Shown here piece after piece: positions 21,225 to 34,210 of a stretch of 64,000 nucleotides of DNA. Location of the stretch: the NCBI RefSeq assembly GCF_009914755.1, contig NC_060925.1, one strand, 5' to 3'. The notes under the pieces are model-generated. The model searched no databases and was not told the origin of the DNA. It saw only the letters and a list, made by a program, of their open reading frames with translations. How positions within the stretch are numbered: the stretch's first letter is position 1; the number at the start of each line of letters is the position of its first letter. Source of the stretch: the human T2T-CHM13v2.0 reference genome, Homo sapiens. The translations under genes were made by a program, and so were the position numbers.

Positions 21225-22553
21225 TTACAGCTTGGTATGTTTTTGCAGTTGCTGGTACCAGTTGTTCCTTTCTATCTTTAGTGCTTCCTTCCGGAGCTCT
21301 TGTAAGGCAGGCCTGGTGGTGACAAAAATCTCTCAGTATTTGCTTGTCTGTAAAGGATTTTTTTTCTTCTTTGGTTATAAAACTTAGTTTGGCTGGATAT
21401 GAGATTCTGGGTTGAAAATTATTTTCTTTAAGAATGTTAGGCCAGGCATGGTGGCTCACACCTGTAATCCCAGCACTTTGGGAGGCTGAGGTGGGCGGAC
21501 CCCGAGGTCAGGAGTTTGAGACCAGCCTGGCTAACATGGCGAAACCCTGTCTCTACTAAAAATACAAAAAATTAGCTGGGCATGGTGGTGGGCACCTGTA
21601 GTCCCAGCTACTCAGAGGCTGAGGCAGGAGAATGGTGTGAGCCTGGGAGGCAGAGCTTGCAGTGAGCTGAGATCAGGCCACTGCACTTCAGGCTGGGTGA
21701 CAGAGTGAGACTCTGTCTCAAAAAAAAAAAAGAAGAATGTCGAATATTGGCCCCCACTCTCTTCTGGCTTATAGGGTTTCTGCAGAGAGATCCGCTGCTA
21801 GTCTGATGGGCTTCCCTTTGTGGGTAACCCAACCTTTCTCTCTGGCTTCCCTTAACATTTTTTCCTTCATTTCAATCTTGGTGAATCTGACTATTATGAG
21901 TCTTGGGGTTGCTCTTCTCTAAGGGTATCTTTATAGTGTTCTCTATATTTTCTGAACTTGAATGTTGACTTGTCTTGCTAGTTTGGAGAAGTTCTCCTTG
22001 ATAATATCCTGAAGAGCATTTTCCAACTTGGTTCCATTCTCCCCATCACTTTCAGGTACACCAATAAAACATAGGTTTGGTCTTTTCACATTGTCCCATA
22101 TTTCTTGGAGACTTTGTGCATTCCTTTTCATTCTCTTTTCCCTAATGTTGTCTTCATGCTTTATTTCATTAAGTTCATCTTCAAGCTCTGATATCATTTC
22201 TTCTGCTTGATCGATTTGGCTATTGATACTTGTGTATGCTTCATGAAGTTCTCGTGCTGTGTTTTTCAGCTCCATCAGGTCATTTATGTTCTTCTTTAAA
22301 CTGGTTATTGTAGTTAGCAATTCCTCTAACGTTTTTTCAAGGCTCTTAGCTTCCTTGCACTGGCTTAGAACACGCTCCTTTAGCTCGGAGGAGTTTGTTA
22401 TTACCCACCTTCTGAAGCCTACTTCCATCAGATTGTCAAACTCATTCTCTGTCCAGTTTTGTTCCTTGCTGGCGAGGAGTTGTGATCCTTTGGAGGAGAA
22501 GAGGCATTCTGGTTTTTGCAATTTTTAGCCTTTTTGGACTTGTTTCTCCCCAT
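21225..22553 (-). pseudogene. Disrupted L1 ORF1 (split by an Alu, frameshifted)
   Basis: ORF 21943-22521 (ELKNTARELHEAYTSINSQIDQAEE...QEIWDNVKRPNL) and [19 protein letters not shown]. Confidence 0.92.
21440..21732 (+). mobile_element. Alu (S-like left arm, Y-like right arm) inserted in L1 ORF1
   Basis: TSD aagaatgt at 21430-21437 and 21733-21740. Confidence 0.93.
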
Positions 22554-23259
22554 CTTCGTGGATTTATCTACCTTTGATCTTTGATGTTGGTGACCTCTGG
22601 ATGGGGTTTTGGTGTGGATGTCCTTTTTGTTGATGTTGATGCTCTTCCTTTCTGTTTGTTAGTTTTCAGGTCCCTCTGCTGTAGGTCTACTGGCGTTTGT
22701 TGGAGGTTCACTCCAGACCCTGTTTGCCTGGGTATTACCAGCGGAGGCTGCAGAACAGCAAAGATTGCTGCCTGTTCCTTCCTCTGGAAGGTTTGTTCCT
22801 GAGGGGCACCTGCCAGGTGCCAGCCGGAGCTCTCCTGTATGAGGTGTCTGTCGACCCCTGCTGGGAGGTGTCCCCCAGTCAGGAGGCACGGGGATCAGGG
22901 GCTCACTTGAGGAGGTAGTCTGTCCCTTAGCAGAGCTTGAATGCTGTGCTGGGAGATCCACTGTTCTCTTCAGAGCTGGCAGCCAGGAACATTTAAGTCT
23001 GCTGAAGCTGTGCCCACAGCCATCCCTTCCCCCAGGTGCTCTGTCCCAGGGAGATGGGAGTTTTATCTATAAGCTCCTGACTGGGGCTGCTGCCTTTCTT
23101 TCAGAGATGCCCTGCCCAGAGAGGAGGAATCTAGAGAGGCAGTCTGGCTACAGCAGCTTTGCCAAGGTGCGGTGGGCTCCGCCCAGTTCGAACTTCCAGG
23201 CGGCGGCTTTGTTTACGCTGTGGGGGGAAAACTGCCTAATCAAGCCTCAGTAATGGTGG

Positions 23260-23472
23260 ATGCCCCCTTCCCCCACCAAGCTGGAGTGTCCCAGGTTGAC
23301 TTCAGACTGCTGTGCTGGCAGCGAGAATTTCAAACCAGTGGATCTTAGCTTGCTGGGCTCCGTGTGTTTGGGATCCACTGAGCTAGACCACTCGGCTCCC
23401 TGGCTTCAGCCCCGTTTCCAGGGGAGTGAACAGTTCTGTCTTGCTGGCATTCCAGGTGCCAATGGGATATGA
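23260..23472 (+). other. L1 antisense ORF0-homologous reading frame (70 aa) in the L1PA7 5'UTR
   Basis: Position in the 5'UTR and PP.P...SDCCA motif match L1 ORF0 as I recall it; no evidence of expression. Confidence 0.55.
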
Positions 23473-25779
23473 AAAGAAACTCCTGGTCTGCAGGTTGAGA
23501 AGACCATGGGAAAATCATTGTATCTGGGTGGGAATGCACCATTCCTCATGGCACAGTCCCTCATGGCTTCCCTTGGCTAGGAGAGGGAGTTCCCCGACCC
23601 CTTGTGCTTCCTGGGTGAGGTGATGCCCCACCCTGCTTCTGCTTGCCCTCTGTGGGCTGAGCCCACTGTCTAACCAGTCCCAATGAGATGAACCAGGTAC
23701 CTCAGTTGGAAATGCAGCCTTCTGCATTGATCTTGCTGGGAGCTGCAGACCGGAGCTGTTCCTATTCGACCATCTTGCCAGCAGCCCCCTGGTCTGGGGC
23801 TTTTAGCAGGGTTAGTAAAGGAATTGTATAGAGGACTGGGCTGGGATCTTTCCCCCATATATTTCTCTTGCACTTTCATCTCTTGGAATTCATCTTTTTA
23901 AGGCAGCTATGGGTAGGTTCCTCTTCAGATTAATCATTCACTTTCATACAAAACTGGGAAGGAACTGAAACAGAGGCCAAGAAAAATACTGTATATACCT
24001 GAGGTAGTCTAGGCTAAACAGAAGTTCAGTAGGCAGTAGGGTAGAACTAGATTGGGGCTTGGAGCCAAGGACTTGAGCTAAAAATAAATAATAGAATGGA
24101 TTTTTTTTGACTATATGTTTCTTGAAGATTTAGCTGTGGCATCATTCATTTTTGCAAGTCAAGGTTTAGTAGTCTTGGCCTTAACTACTTTTCCCAGGAA
24201 ATATAACTACCAGTAGGATGGCTTGGTAATTTTTTTGGATTAAAGAGTGATACAATGAAAACAGTGTGCTGTGAAGATTAGTTTCCTAGCAGTGTTTATG
24301 GACAAGTAAAAGAGGACACTACTAGGGCTGGGAAATCAACCAGAGATCTGTACTGTTTATGCAGAATATGGTAATGAGGAACAAACCAGCGAATTCATGG
24401 GAGTGGAGGTTAGAAGAGAAATTAAAAGGGCACTGTGATTACATGAAACAAAGAAGAAAAACAAAGACAAATATTATTTCATGTAATTTACCCATTACAC
24501 AACAGACGAGAATGCAGACAGAAAATTTATTTCCAGTTTATGGAAAAATTTGAAGAAGTTTGATAATTATCCTATTTCTCTAAGTCGAATACATAAAGCA
24601 CATTTTCTTAACTCACTATGTTTCTTAATTTTAGAACCTTTTCTTGCTACATTAAAAAATCTTGTTTTATCCAATGTTAAGATGAAAATACAGGTTAATT
24701 TAATAGGAATTTTCAATCAGTGATTAGTGTAGCTTCATAAGGTTGGGAGAAGAAGATGAAAAAAATATGTACTCTAAAGTACATAGTATAGGAGATGGCA
24801 TAGAGTAGGTAACCTAGAAATGTTATGTCTCCTCATGCTTGTCCCTTTTGAAGGCGCTATTACATTGGGACTCAGTATGTCTCCATTTTGTCTGAGACCT
24901 CAAGCAATAGGGGCAAACTAGCCCTGCATTCCAAAATGAGAAGTTGATTTCTTTTCTTGCCAGTTTTCAAAATAAGTGATATAAAGTAGTTTTGCTCTTC
25001 TTAGCCCCTACTCCCATTCAAACACAAAATGGTTGAAAGTGAAGAGGCTTGGAGTTGCTAGAAACTAAGGGCTTCTTCTATAAGGAAAATTGTTGCACTA
25101 TGAAGCCTACCCTTGCCAAGGCAATGGTATGAAGGCTCTTTCCCTTCACCGTGAGCCTATGGAGAAAGGATTTCTAAAGATCACTCAGAGTGCTTTGAGT
25201 GGGACCCTGGATTAAAGGGACATAGCCATGTCTGACTCATTCATGAATAAAGAAAAAGGCCAGAAGCTGGCTAAAGCATTCCATGGTGGAGGAGCTGGGG
25301 AAAAGTGTTTGGAAATCATCCCTCTGAGGATGGCTCAAAGACGTATGATGTTTTAGGAATCAGATATGGAATATGAAGTAGGAACTTTGTCCTGGAATTG
25401 TTTTGGAAAAGATTCCATTGAAGAAGGCTTCTTGTAAGAAGCCAGGCAGCCTCAGCATAAAGATCCTAAAATGAAGCTTTGGATGCAGAGGGGGCTCACA
25501 CATCGTCAGTGAAGAGTGTTGCCTAAATCCAGGGAGGGACAGTGCATGGGGCCAGGCAGGAGACCCTAGGATAAGCCCACTAGAGTGCTCAAGAGAAAAT
25601 GAGACAGTTTTAACATTGGCATCACACAGAAGAAACCAATAGCAGATAATATTGGTGTCAGTTAAGTACGACTTTTCCTACCTTTTGCCCCAGCTATCTC
25701 TCCATTCCTTCGAAAACTCTAGACTAATGAGAGGCAGCCTCGTGAATGGGTGAAGAAAAATTAAAATTCTAGATAGGAC

Positions 25780-25933
25780 GTTCACTTCCAGTAATGGTGG
25801 ACTAGGAAACAGAATCAGTCTTTTCACTGAGAATGAGAAAGCATGGTCAAAATGTTTTTAAATTATCTGCTTAACAACATGAGAAAAATAACAAGGCATT
25901 GGAGATGCAGAGACCTAACATTTGGGAGAAGAT
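25780..25933 (+). mobile_element. Possible old L1M 5' end fragment
   Basis: acttccagtaatggtggactag resembles L1M4/L1ME 5' termini. Confidence 0.4.
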
Positions 25934-28342
25934 GACCACTGCAATAAAGTGAATATAGCGATTAAATCAGTCACACAATTTAAAAAAATTTCCTCAGTCC
26001 ATAAAAAGATACATTTACACTATACTGTAGTCTGTTAAGTGTGTAATAGCATTATTTCTAAAAATGTTCATTCCTTCATTTAAAATACAGTATTGCTAAA
26101 AAGTGTTAATGATCACCTGAGCCTTTGATAAGTCATAACCTTTTTGCTGGTGGAGGGTCTTGCCTCAATGTTGATGGCTGCTGAGTGATGAGAGTGGTGG
26201 TAGCTGAAGACTGAAGTAGCTGAGGCAATTTCTTAAAATAAGAAAATAAGAATGTTCACTGCATCGGTGGACTTTTCCTTTCATGAAAGTCTTCTCTGTA
26301 GCATGCAATACTGTTTGTTAGCATTGTACCCGCAGTAAAACTTCTTTCAAAATTGGAGTCAGTCCTCTCAAACACTGGTGCTGCTTTATAAAATAAATTT
26401 ATGTAATATCATAAATTCTTTGTTGTCATTTCAACAAAATTTACAGGATCTTCACCAGGAGTAGGTTCCATCTCAAGAAACCACGTTCTTTTCTTATCCA
26501 TAAAAAGTAACTCCTTATCCATTCAAGTTTGATCATGAGATTGCAGTAATTCAGTCACATCTTTAAGCTCTACATCTAATGCTAGTTCTCTTGCTAGTTC
26601 TACCACATCTGCAGCTACTCCCTCCACTGAAGTCTTGAACCCCTCAAATAAGCCATGAAGGTTGGAATCAACTTCTTCCAAACTCCTGTTAGTGTTGATA
26701 TTTTGACCTCCTCTCATGAATAATGGATGTTCTTAATGGCATCTAGAATGATGAGTCCTTTCTAGAAGGTCTTCAATGTACTTTGCCTAGATCCATCAGT
26801 GGAATCACTAGCTATGGCAGCTATAGCCTTACAAACTGTATTTCTTAAATAATAAGAAATGAAAATTCAGAATTACTCCTTAATCCATGGGCTACAAAAT
26901 GGATGTTGTATTAACAGGCATGAAAGCATTAATTTCCTTGTACATCTCCATCAGAGCTCATGAGTGATAAGATGCATTGTCAATGAGAAGAAATATTTTG
27001 AAAAGAATTTTTTTCTGGGAATTAGGTCTCTTAAGCAGACATAAAATGTTCAGTAAAACATGCTGTAAACAGATGTGCTGTCATCCAGGTTTTGTTGTTC
27101 CATTGATAGAGCACAGGTAGAGTAGATTTAGCATAATTCTTAAGGGCCCTAAGATTTTTGGAGTGGTAAAAGGAGCATTGGCTTCATATTGTGTCATTAG
27201 CTGCATTATCCCCTGGCAAGAGAGTCAACCTGTCCTTAGAAGCTTTGAAGCCAGGTGCTGACTTCTCCTTTCCAGCCATGAAAATCCTAGATGACATCTT
27301 TTTCCAATGTAAGACTGTTTTACCTGCATTGAAAATCTGTTGTTAATGTGGCCACCTTCATCAATTATCTTAGCTAGATCTTCTAGATAACTTGCTGCAG
27401 CTTCTAAATCAGCATTTGTTGCAGCTTCTAAATCAGCACTTGTTGCTTTACTTTCCTCTTTATGTTATGGAGACAGTTTCTTTCCTTAAACCTCATCAGC
27501 CAACTTTTCTTCTGCAGCTTCCTCACCTCTCTCAGCGTTCATAGGATTGAAGACAGCCAGAGCCTTACTTAGGATTAGGCTTTGGTTTAAGGGAATGTTG
27601 TGGCTGGTTTGATCTTCTATCCAGACCACTCAAACTTTCTCCATATAAACAATAATGTTTCACTTTCATATCATTCATGTATTCACTGGAGTAGCACTTT
27701 TAATTTCCTTCAAGAACTTTTCCTTTTGATTCATGATTTGACTACTTGGTACAAGAGGCCTAGCTTTGAGCCTACCTCAGCTTTCGACATGCCTTCCTCA
27801 CTAAGCTTAATTTTTAGCTTTTGATTTACAGTGAGAGACATGTGATTCTTTCTCTCATTTGAACACTTACAGATAATTGTAGGGTTGTTAATTGCCCTGA
27901 TTTCAATATTGTTGTGTCTCTGGGAAAGGGAGGCCCAAGGAGAGTGAGAGAGATTGGGGAATGACTGGTTGGTGAAGTAGTCAGGACACATATAATGCTT
28001 ATTGATTAAGTTTGTAATCTTATATGGGAGTGGCTCATGGTGCCCCCAAACAATTACAATAGTACCGTCAAAGATCATTGATCACAGATTACCAGAACAG
28101 ATAATGAAAATAGTGGATGATAATAATGGAATAATAATTATAATATCTTAATAATAATAATGAAAATAATGAAAAATTGTGAAATATTGCAAGAATTTCC
28201 AAATTGTGAATCAGAGACACAAAGTGAGCATGTGCTTTTTGAAAAAATGGTGCCGATAGACTTGCTTGCTATAGGATTGCAGCCACCTTTAATTTGCAAA
28301 AACTGCAGTATCTGTGAAGCAAAATAAAGTGAAGTATGCCTG
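25934..28342 (-). mobile_element. Tigger1 DNA transposon, near full length, one TIR missing
   Basis: Transposase fragments IKLSEEGMSKAEVGSKLGLL and [27 protein letters not shown]; terminal gtatgcctg|TA at 28342. Confidence 0.95.
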
Positions 28343-28769
28343 TACCATTCTGTGGGATATCCTGTATTGATGGAAATATTAGATTATTTGCAATGAAAAA
28401 CACTGATCATGAGTTGCCATGACTCATATGCTGAATCATTGAGATGAGTCCTGTCATGTAGACTTTGCATGATTTAGAATAATTTTAGTATGAATGTATT
28501 TCTGGTAAGAAAAAGAGGAGACTTCTGATAGCCCCTCCCAACCACACCTTAAGGAGCATCTCTTGGATGATTAGTGAGTGTCTCTGCAGTCTTCCGCTTT
28601 ATAGGATGAAAAGCCAGGGGGAAGGGTGTTTTGACATTAGCCAATTAGAGATGCTGTGTTTCTTTAATTCCTAGATACCTATTGTTTTTCTTGATTAAAT
28701 TTGGGAGGATTTTGTCTCAATTATTCCTTTTCTATTACCTCCACTCAAAATTCTATTACTTAGTAATCA

Positions 28770-29190
28770 GTTCTTTGGCCCAGGCTGATCTTCCAAATCT
28801 TCTATTTTATGTTATACTCCAGACAAACTGGAGCACTTTGTCTTTTCCCATCTTTTTCCTCAGCTTGCAATGTCCCTTCATCCACCCCTGCCAATATCAA
28901 GCTCAAGGGCAAGCTAAATACCACCACCTCCTTAGAGCCTTCTGTGTTTCCTACTTTACCCTCAGTAGAGATCCTCCCTCCCCTCAACTCATGTCATACA
29001 TTAAATCTCTCTACTGACTTCTCAGATATTCTATTTGGATTTTGTGGCAATGTGGCTGCCTATCTTATTGCCTCTGTTAAATTACAAGCTTGTTCAAAAC
29101 AAATCATCTCTTACTCCTCTTTACATTGGACTAGGATATTGACTTGTATATATTTAATGCTCAGTAATATTGTTTAAACAAATGAATAAG
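28770..29190 (+). mobile_element. L2 3' fragment
   Basis: caagctcaagggcaagctaaataccacc...atgctcagtaatattgtttaaacaaatgaat tail. Confidence 0.55.
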
Positions 29191-29884
29191 GAAAATAAAT
29201 TAAAAAGATTGTAAGGTACTGGCACTTTCATGTAAATAAATGAGGACATAGGAGGAACATCATTACCCTGGTTAATTGTTTTTTTTTATACATAGATAAT
29301 TAGCTACAGTTCCTAGTAACCATAGAAAGTATTAAGTTACTTGAATTTCAGAAGTACCAAAAATATTCAAATTAGTTTTAATTTACTTAGAAAACAAGAT
29401 GTCAAATAAATGCATTTGGTTTCACTGAATGAATTTACTGAAATAGCATTCTTTATATTTATGAGATTTTTGAAAAATTTTACAGAAATAGGCCAGAGTA
29501 TTAAGATAATGTACAATTGCTTTTTATGTTTGGGTCTGCCAGAATCATTCATTGAATACTTGCTTCATTTTTATATTTTTACTGTTCATTAAGCATCTTA
29601 TTTTTAAGATATTTGCCACATAACTGAAATAACTCATGTGTACAATTCCCACTGGTTTCTGCATTTTTTTAAAGGTATGTAAATGTTTTTGATTAATTAC
29701 ACAATCATTGAAAGAGCAGCACCCCTTTTTAAGACCAGTATTCTACATTTTCCTTTTTTTTTCAGCTGCCTTTTACATAAAGATAAGAAAAAAAAGGAAG
29801 AATTTCATTAATTACATAAGCTCAGAGCAATTAACCTTTTAAGTAGAAATTATTAATTAGGTGACCACTGTCCAATTAAAATCA

Positions 29885-30050
29885 TTCACAACTGGACTGT
29901 GAGATGATACACTGGATTGTGACGTACTTGAAGACAAACTTCATGTCCATATTTGCCTGAATTCCTGGTTCCTGATGTAAAATTGGTGTTCAGTAAATAT
30001 CTGCTGAATCAACCAGGCATGAGTGAATGAGTAAGTGAATGAATGAATGT
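29885..30050 (+). mobile_element. L2 3' tail
   Basis: actggactgtgag...gtgttcagtaaatatctgctgaat...gaatgaatgaatg. Confidence 0.6.
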
Positions 30051-30519
30051 CATGCTTCCTGCCTGCTCTAGAATTAGAAGTGACATACCTGTCGGTAAAA
30101 TAAAACAATAAGCTTCATCTTCAACTGTTAGACTAAAATTAAATTTAAGACATGAGAGGGCCTGTGTCAATTAATTGCTCAGTGAATTTTTATAAAGTAT
30201 GATTGGTTTTAAATAAGGAGAAATTTTACTTGTATGCTTCACCCATCCTCCACTCCCACCTATTCTAGTTGTGTAGAGACTGTTGTTTCTACCTGGGCAT
30301 AGACTTTTGGTTGATGATGATTCAGATTGGCACCCTTAGCTGACTCAGAGATATGCGCTACACCTGGGTGATCTATCATTTCAGAATACCTTTTCCAATT
30401 CGGACACTGCCCAGTTTTGTCTAGAATGTAAATCCCATTAAATCACAGATTTTATGGCTACTGGCCAGCAGGAATTTATTAATATTTATTGTACATGTAA
30501 AATTAATTTATAAAATTCA

Positions 30520-30812
<293 letters not shown>

Positions 30813-31379
30813 ATGAGAGTAATTAATGGACTATCATTATCACTGTCACCCATCCCTTGATGTTATTAGTCATTGGCCATCCACTATGACATAGTCTTGT
30901 ATTAGGAGATGACAAATATAAATGCTACTTTTGAGAGAATCGAAATCCATTCAGGAACATGTGACGCAATACAAAAAAAAAGGGAAATTAGCAAAATATT
31001 TATCTTTATATTCAGCTATAAATGAATATGTCTGTGGAGTTAGCTGTGAGAAGGCCATTGCTGAGATCTCAGATGCTACATTCAACTAAGACCAGTCTTA
31101 TAAACGCTGTGGGCATTTTGATGAGTAGTCTCAACAGACTGTTACAATATTGAGCTTCTGGGCCAAGTGTGGGTAAAGTCTTGCTACCTTGAATACTGCT
31201 GACTGGATGCAAGGGTTGTCATTAGATAGGAGTCACCTCAAATTCTGATCTTATATTTATGAAATATCTTAAACCTATATACTTTCCATCCCATCAGTGG
31301 AGGGGATAAGTAACTGACTTTTACTTCCTCTACTTTCACTTCAGATCCCAGCCTCTCTTTCCTAAGAAGGAGCTTACTT

Positions 31380-31775
31380 CTCCAGTTTCCTGCTCCTAAT
31401 TCTCTTCTCTCAACATTTAGATTCACTGAAGTCCAATTTTTCTTCTAAAATAAGAAAATCCCTCTCGACTCCATAGCGCTATTTATCTACTGTAATCTTT
31501 TGCTTTTTCCTCCACTTCAAAGAGTAGTTTTATTCTCTCTCCATCTGTAACACTTATCAAAGCACACTGAGCTGATCTAACCGCAAACTCTAAAGAAACT
31601 GTCAAAAAGATTGCCAATGATCTTCTTGACACTTAATCCAATTAATATTTTTTAGCTTTATCTTACTTAACCTCATGATAACATTTAACATTTTGTATTA
31701 TTCCCTTCTCTTTGAAGCAGTCTTCTCTAGGTTTCCATTATAACAGCATCTCCTTATCAACATCTACTTCTTCTT
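31380..31775 (+). mobile_element. L2 internal fragment
   Basis: aaagattgccaatgatcttcttgacacttaatccaa...tcttacttaacctc...ttcccttctctttgaagc. Confidence 0.6.
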
Positions 31776-32009
31776 TTATAATTAACCCAGAGTTTTTTCA
31801 AGTATCAGGTGGCACTGCATTCCAGGAAAGTAAACCCAGTTTCCACTGTGAGTAACTGCTTTAGGGGAGGACATATGATGTAGTTCTCACTAATAAGGCA
31901 CAGAGAGAGCTCAGTTAGAGGGCTGTGGCAAACTGTCTTAGTCCTTAAATGAGTTGTACGAGGAAGTGATGTCTAAAACTCTGATAGCCATCTTATAAGT
32001 AAAAAGAAG

Positions 32010-32235
32010 AAGCAGTATAACATAGTGATTAAGAGCATGAACTCTAGACTCTGATGTTCAAGTTCCAGTTCCCTGGTAGGCTTTCTTATGACTTGAGTAA
32101 ATTACTTAATCTCTCTGTGCTGACATTTCCCCATCTGTAAGCTGGGAATAAGGATGATAACAATAGTAACGCTTTAAGAGGGTTATGATGAGGTTTAAAT
32201 AAGTTGATTTTTCTGAAGCATTGAGCCTGGTGCAG
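32010..32235 (+). mobile_element. MIR
   Basis: gcagtataacatagtgattaagagcatgaactctag...ttacttaatctctctgtgc...tttccccatctgtaa. Confidence 0.85.
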
Positions 32236-32433
32236 GAAAAATGTTTATGTTTTTCCTGGTGCAGGAAAAAAATAAATACACCTAAGAACAAAACCCAGTA
32301 AAGTGAAGTATAGAACAAGGGAAAGAATCTGTGCTCTAGAGACCTCATTGAGCCATTGAACTGACTACTTCCCGGTAACTTGTCTTGTGAATAATAAATC
32401 CTTACCTTTAAAGCTATTTTTAGTAGTCTATTC

Positions 32434-32728
32434 TTTTATTTTTGAGACAAAGTCTAGCTCTGTCTCCCTGGCTGCAGTGCAGTGGCATGATCACAGCTCA
32501 CTGCAGCCTTGACCTCTCAGGTTCAACTGATTCTGCCACCCAGCTCCTCTAAGTGGCTGAAATCAGACATGTCCCATCATGCCCAGCTAATTTTTGTATT
32601 TTTTTTTTTGTAAAGACATGGTTTCACCATGTTGCCCAGGCTGGTCTCAAACTCTCGGGCTCAAGTGATTCACCGGCCTCGGCCTCCCAAAATGCTGGGA
32701 TTACAGATGTGAACCACCATGCCAGGTT
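32434..32728 (-). mobile_element. AluJ
   Basis: atcacagctcactgcagccttgacc (J-type); TSD-like tattcttttatttt. Confidence 0.92.
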
Positions 32729-32799
32729 GTATATTCTTTTATTTTATTTTCAGCTAAAAGCATCCAAACTAATACTTCTCACTCACTGGGTTTTCTTTT

Positions 32800-33235
32800 A
32801 TATGTATTTGACTCCTTCGTTGTCACATTTGAATGTGCATTAAGTATTGTCCCCATCATTGGCTTATAACTGCTCCATTGCTAGGTCCACTCCCCCGTTA
32901 GCTCAAGTTTTATGGTTTTAATTACAACATACTCATAACTCCCAGATGTAAATGTGCAATGCAGTTCTCCCTCCTGAACTCCAAACCCACATAGAAAATG
33001 ATTGTTGTATTTGTTTAGGTGTCTCAGAGGCAACTAAAATTTAACATTTTAAAAACTTGGCTCATTCTTTCTCCTTTTAGCAATTCCAAAGTCAATATCC
33101 CATCCATACTCTCTTTCTCAGTGAATACATTACCATTCCCTGAGTGGCCTAAGCTGCAAGTTTAGGTGTTATCCTAATTCCATCTCTTCGTCATGTACTC
33201 ATAACTAAATCAATTATTTGATCTTGTCAACAAAT
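32800..33235 (+). mobile_element. L2 fragment
   Basis: ttctccctcctgaactccaaacccaca...gtctcagaggcaactaaaatttaac. Confidence 0.6.
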
Positions 33236-33239
33236 TCCA

Positions 33240-34210
33240 GGAGCAGTGCAGAGACCACTATGGCTGGAGCAGAGTGAGCAAAGGGGAGAGACAAGAAGGA
33301 GCTTAGGTCACAGCAGTAAGGTATAGTCATAGCACAAAGCCTTCATAATCTTGGGCTTTCCTCTTGATGAAATGGGAAGCCACAGAGATTGTGGGGGAGG
33401 TGGTACTGAAACAAAAGCATAACATGACCTGGCTTCTTTGTCATTACTAGACTGATGACAAGGAAGGACAAAAGTGATCAGACAAATAAAGTTATTAAAA
33501 TAATGTAGACAAAACATGAAGGTGGTTTGAGTCGGGGTTGTTGCAGTAATGTTTGTAGCAAGTGATTGCATTTTGGATATATTTTAAGAAAGCGTCTATA
33601 TGATTTGTTAATGCATTCATTGAGTTGAAAGAGAAAGAGAGGAATCAAAGACTACATCAAGGTTTTTGTCCTGAGTAATTGAAAGTGCCAAGTTGCCATT
33701 AACTGACATCAGGAAAGACTACGTAAAGAGATTTTAGGAGTAAGTGTTAGAAATTTATTTTAATATGTTCGGCTCATGATGTCTATTAGTAACTCAGGTG
33801 GAGAGTTTAAGTAGGCTGTTCAGTAGAAACTTCTGGATTTAGAGGAGACAATCAAGCTGGAAATATAAATTTGGAAATCATCAGCACATAGATGACATCT
33901 AAGACCATAAAACTGGATGTAAATGAAGGGATTGAGAGTAGAGAGAAAAGAGAAATAGTTCAAGAATTGAGCCCAGAGGTACTCCAATATTCTTGAGAGT
34001 ATCTGAAGAACAAAGGAGTCCAAGCAAAGGAGACTGAGTGAGAGAGATAGCAGGAAAGCCAGAAAAGTATGATGTTCCAGAATTCAAGTGAAGAAAGCTT
34101 TACAAAGATGTGGAAGCAAGCAACTGTCAAGGCTTCTGATAGTTCAAATCAGATGAAGATTGAGAATGGAAAATCAGATTTAGCAACATAGAAGACAATG
34201 GTGATTTATG
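33240..34210 (-). mobile_element. L2a fragment
   Basis: tggctggagcagagtgagcaaagggg...ggaatcaaagactacatcaaggtttttgtcctgag; antisense ORF ..HLCADDFQIYISS resembles the L2 RT YADD region. Confidence 0.85.

Larger units (their letters stand above)
31780..32775 (+). mobile_element. Old MLT1 (J/K-like) LTR interrupted by a MIR and an AluJ
   Basis: aaaactctgatagccatctt ... cattgagccattgaac ... ataataaatccttacc ... cagctaaaagcatccaaactaatac. Confidence 0.6.

Noticed and set aside
24790-25730. Possible very old Gypsy/ERVL-type LTR
   Set aside because: Only a general resemblance; I could not anchor termini or a consensus match
27731-28078. Functional Tigger transposase
   Set aside because: The frame is broken into short fragments by stops and frameshifts
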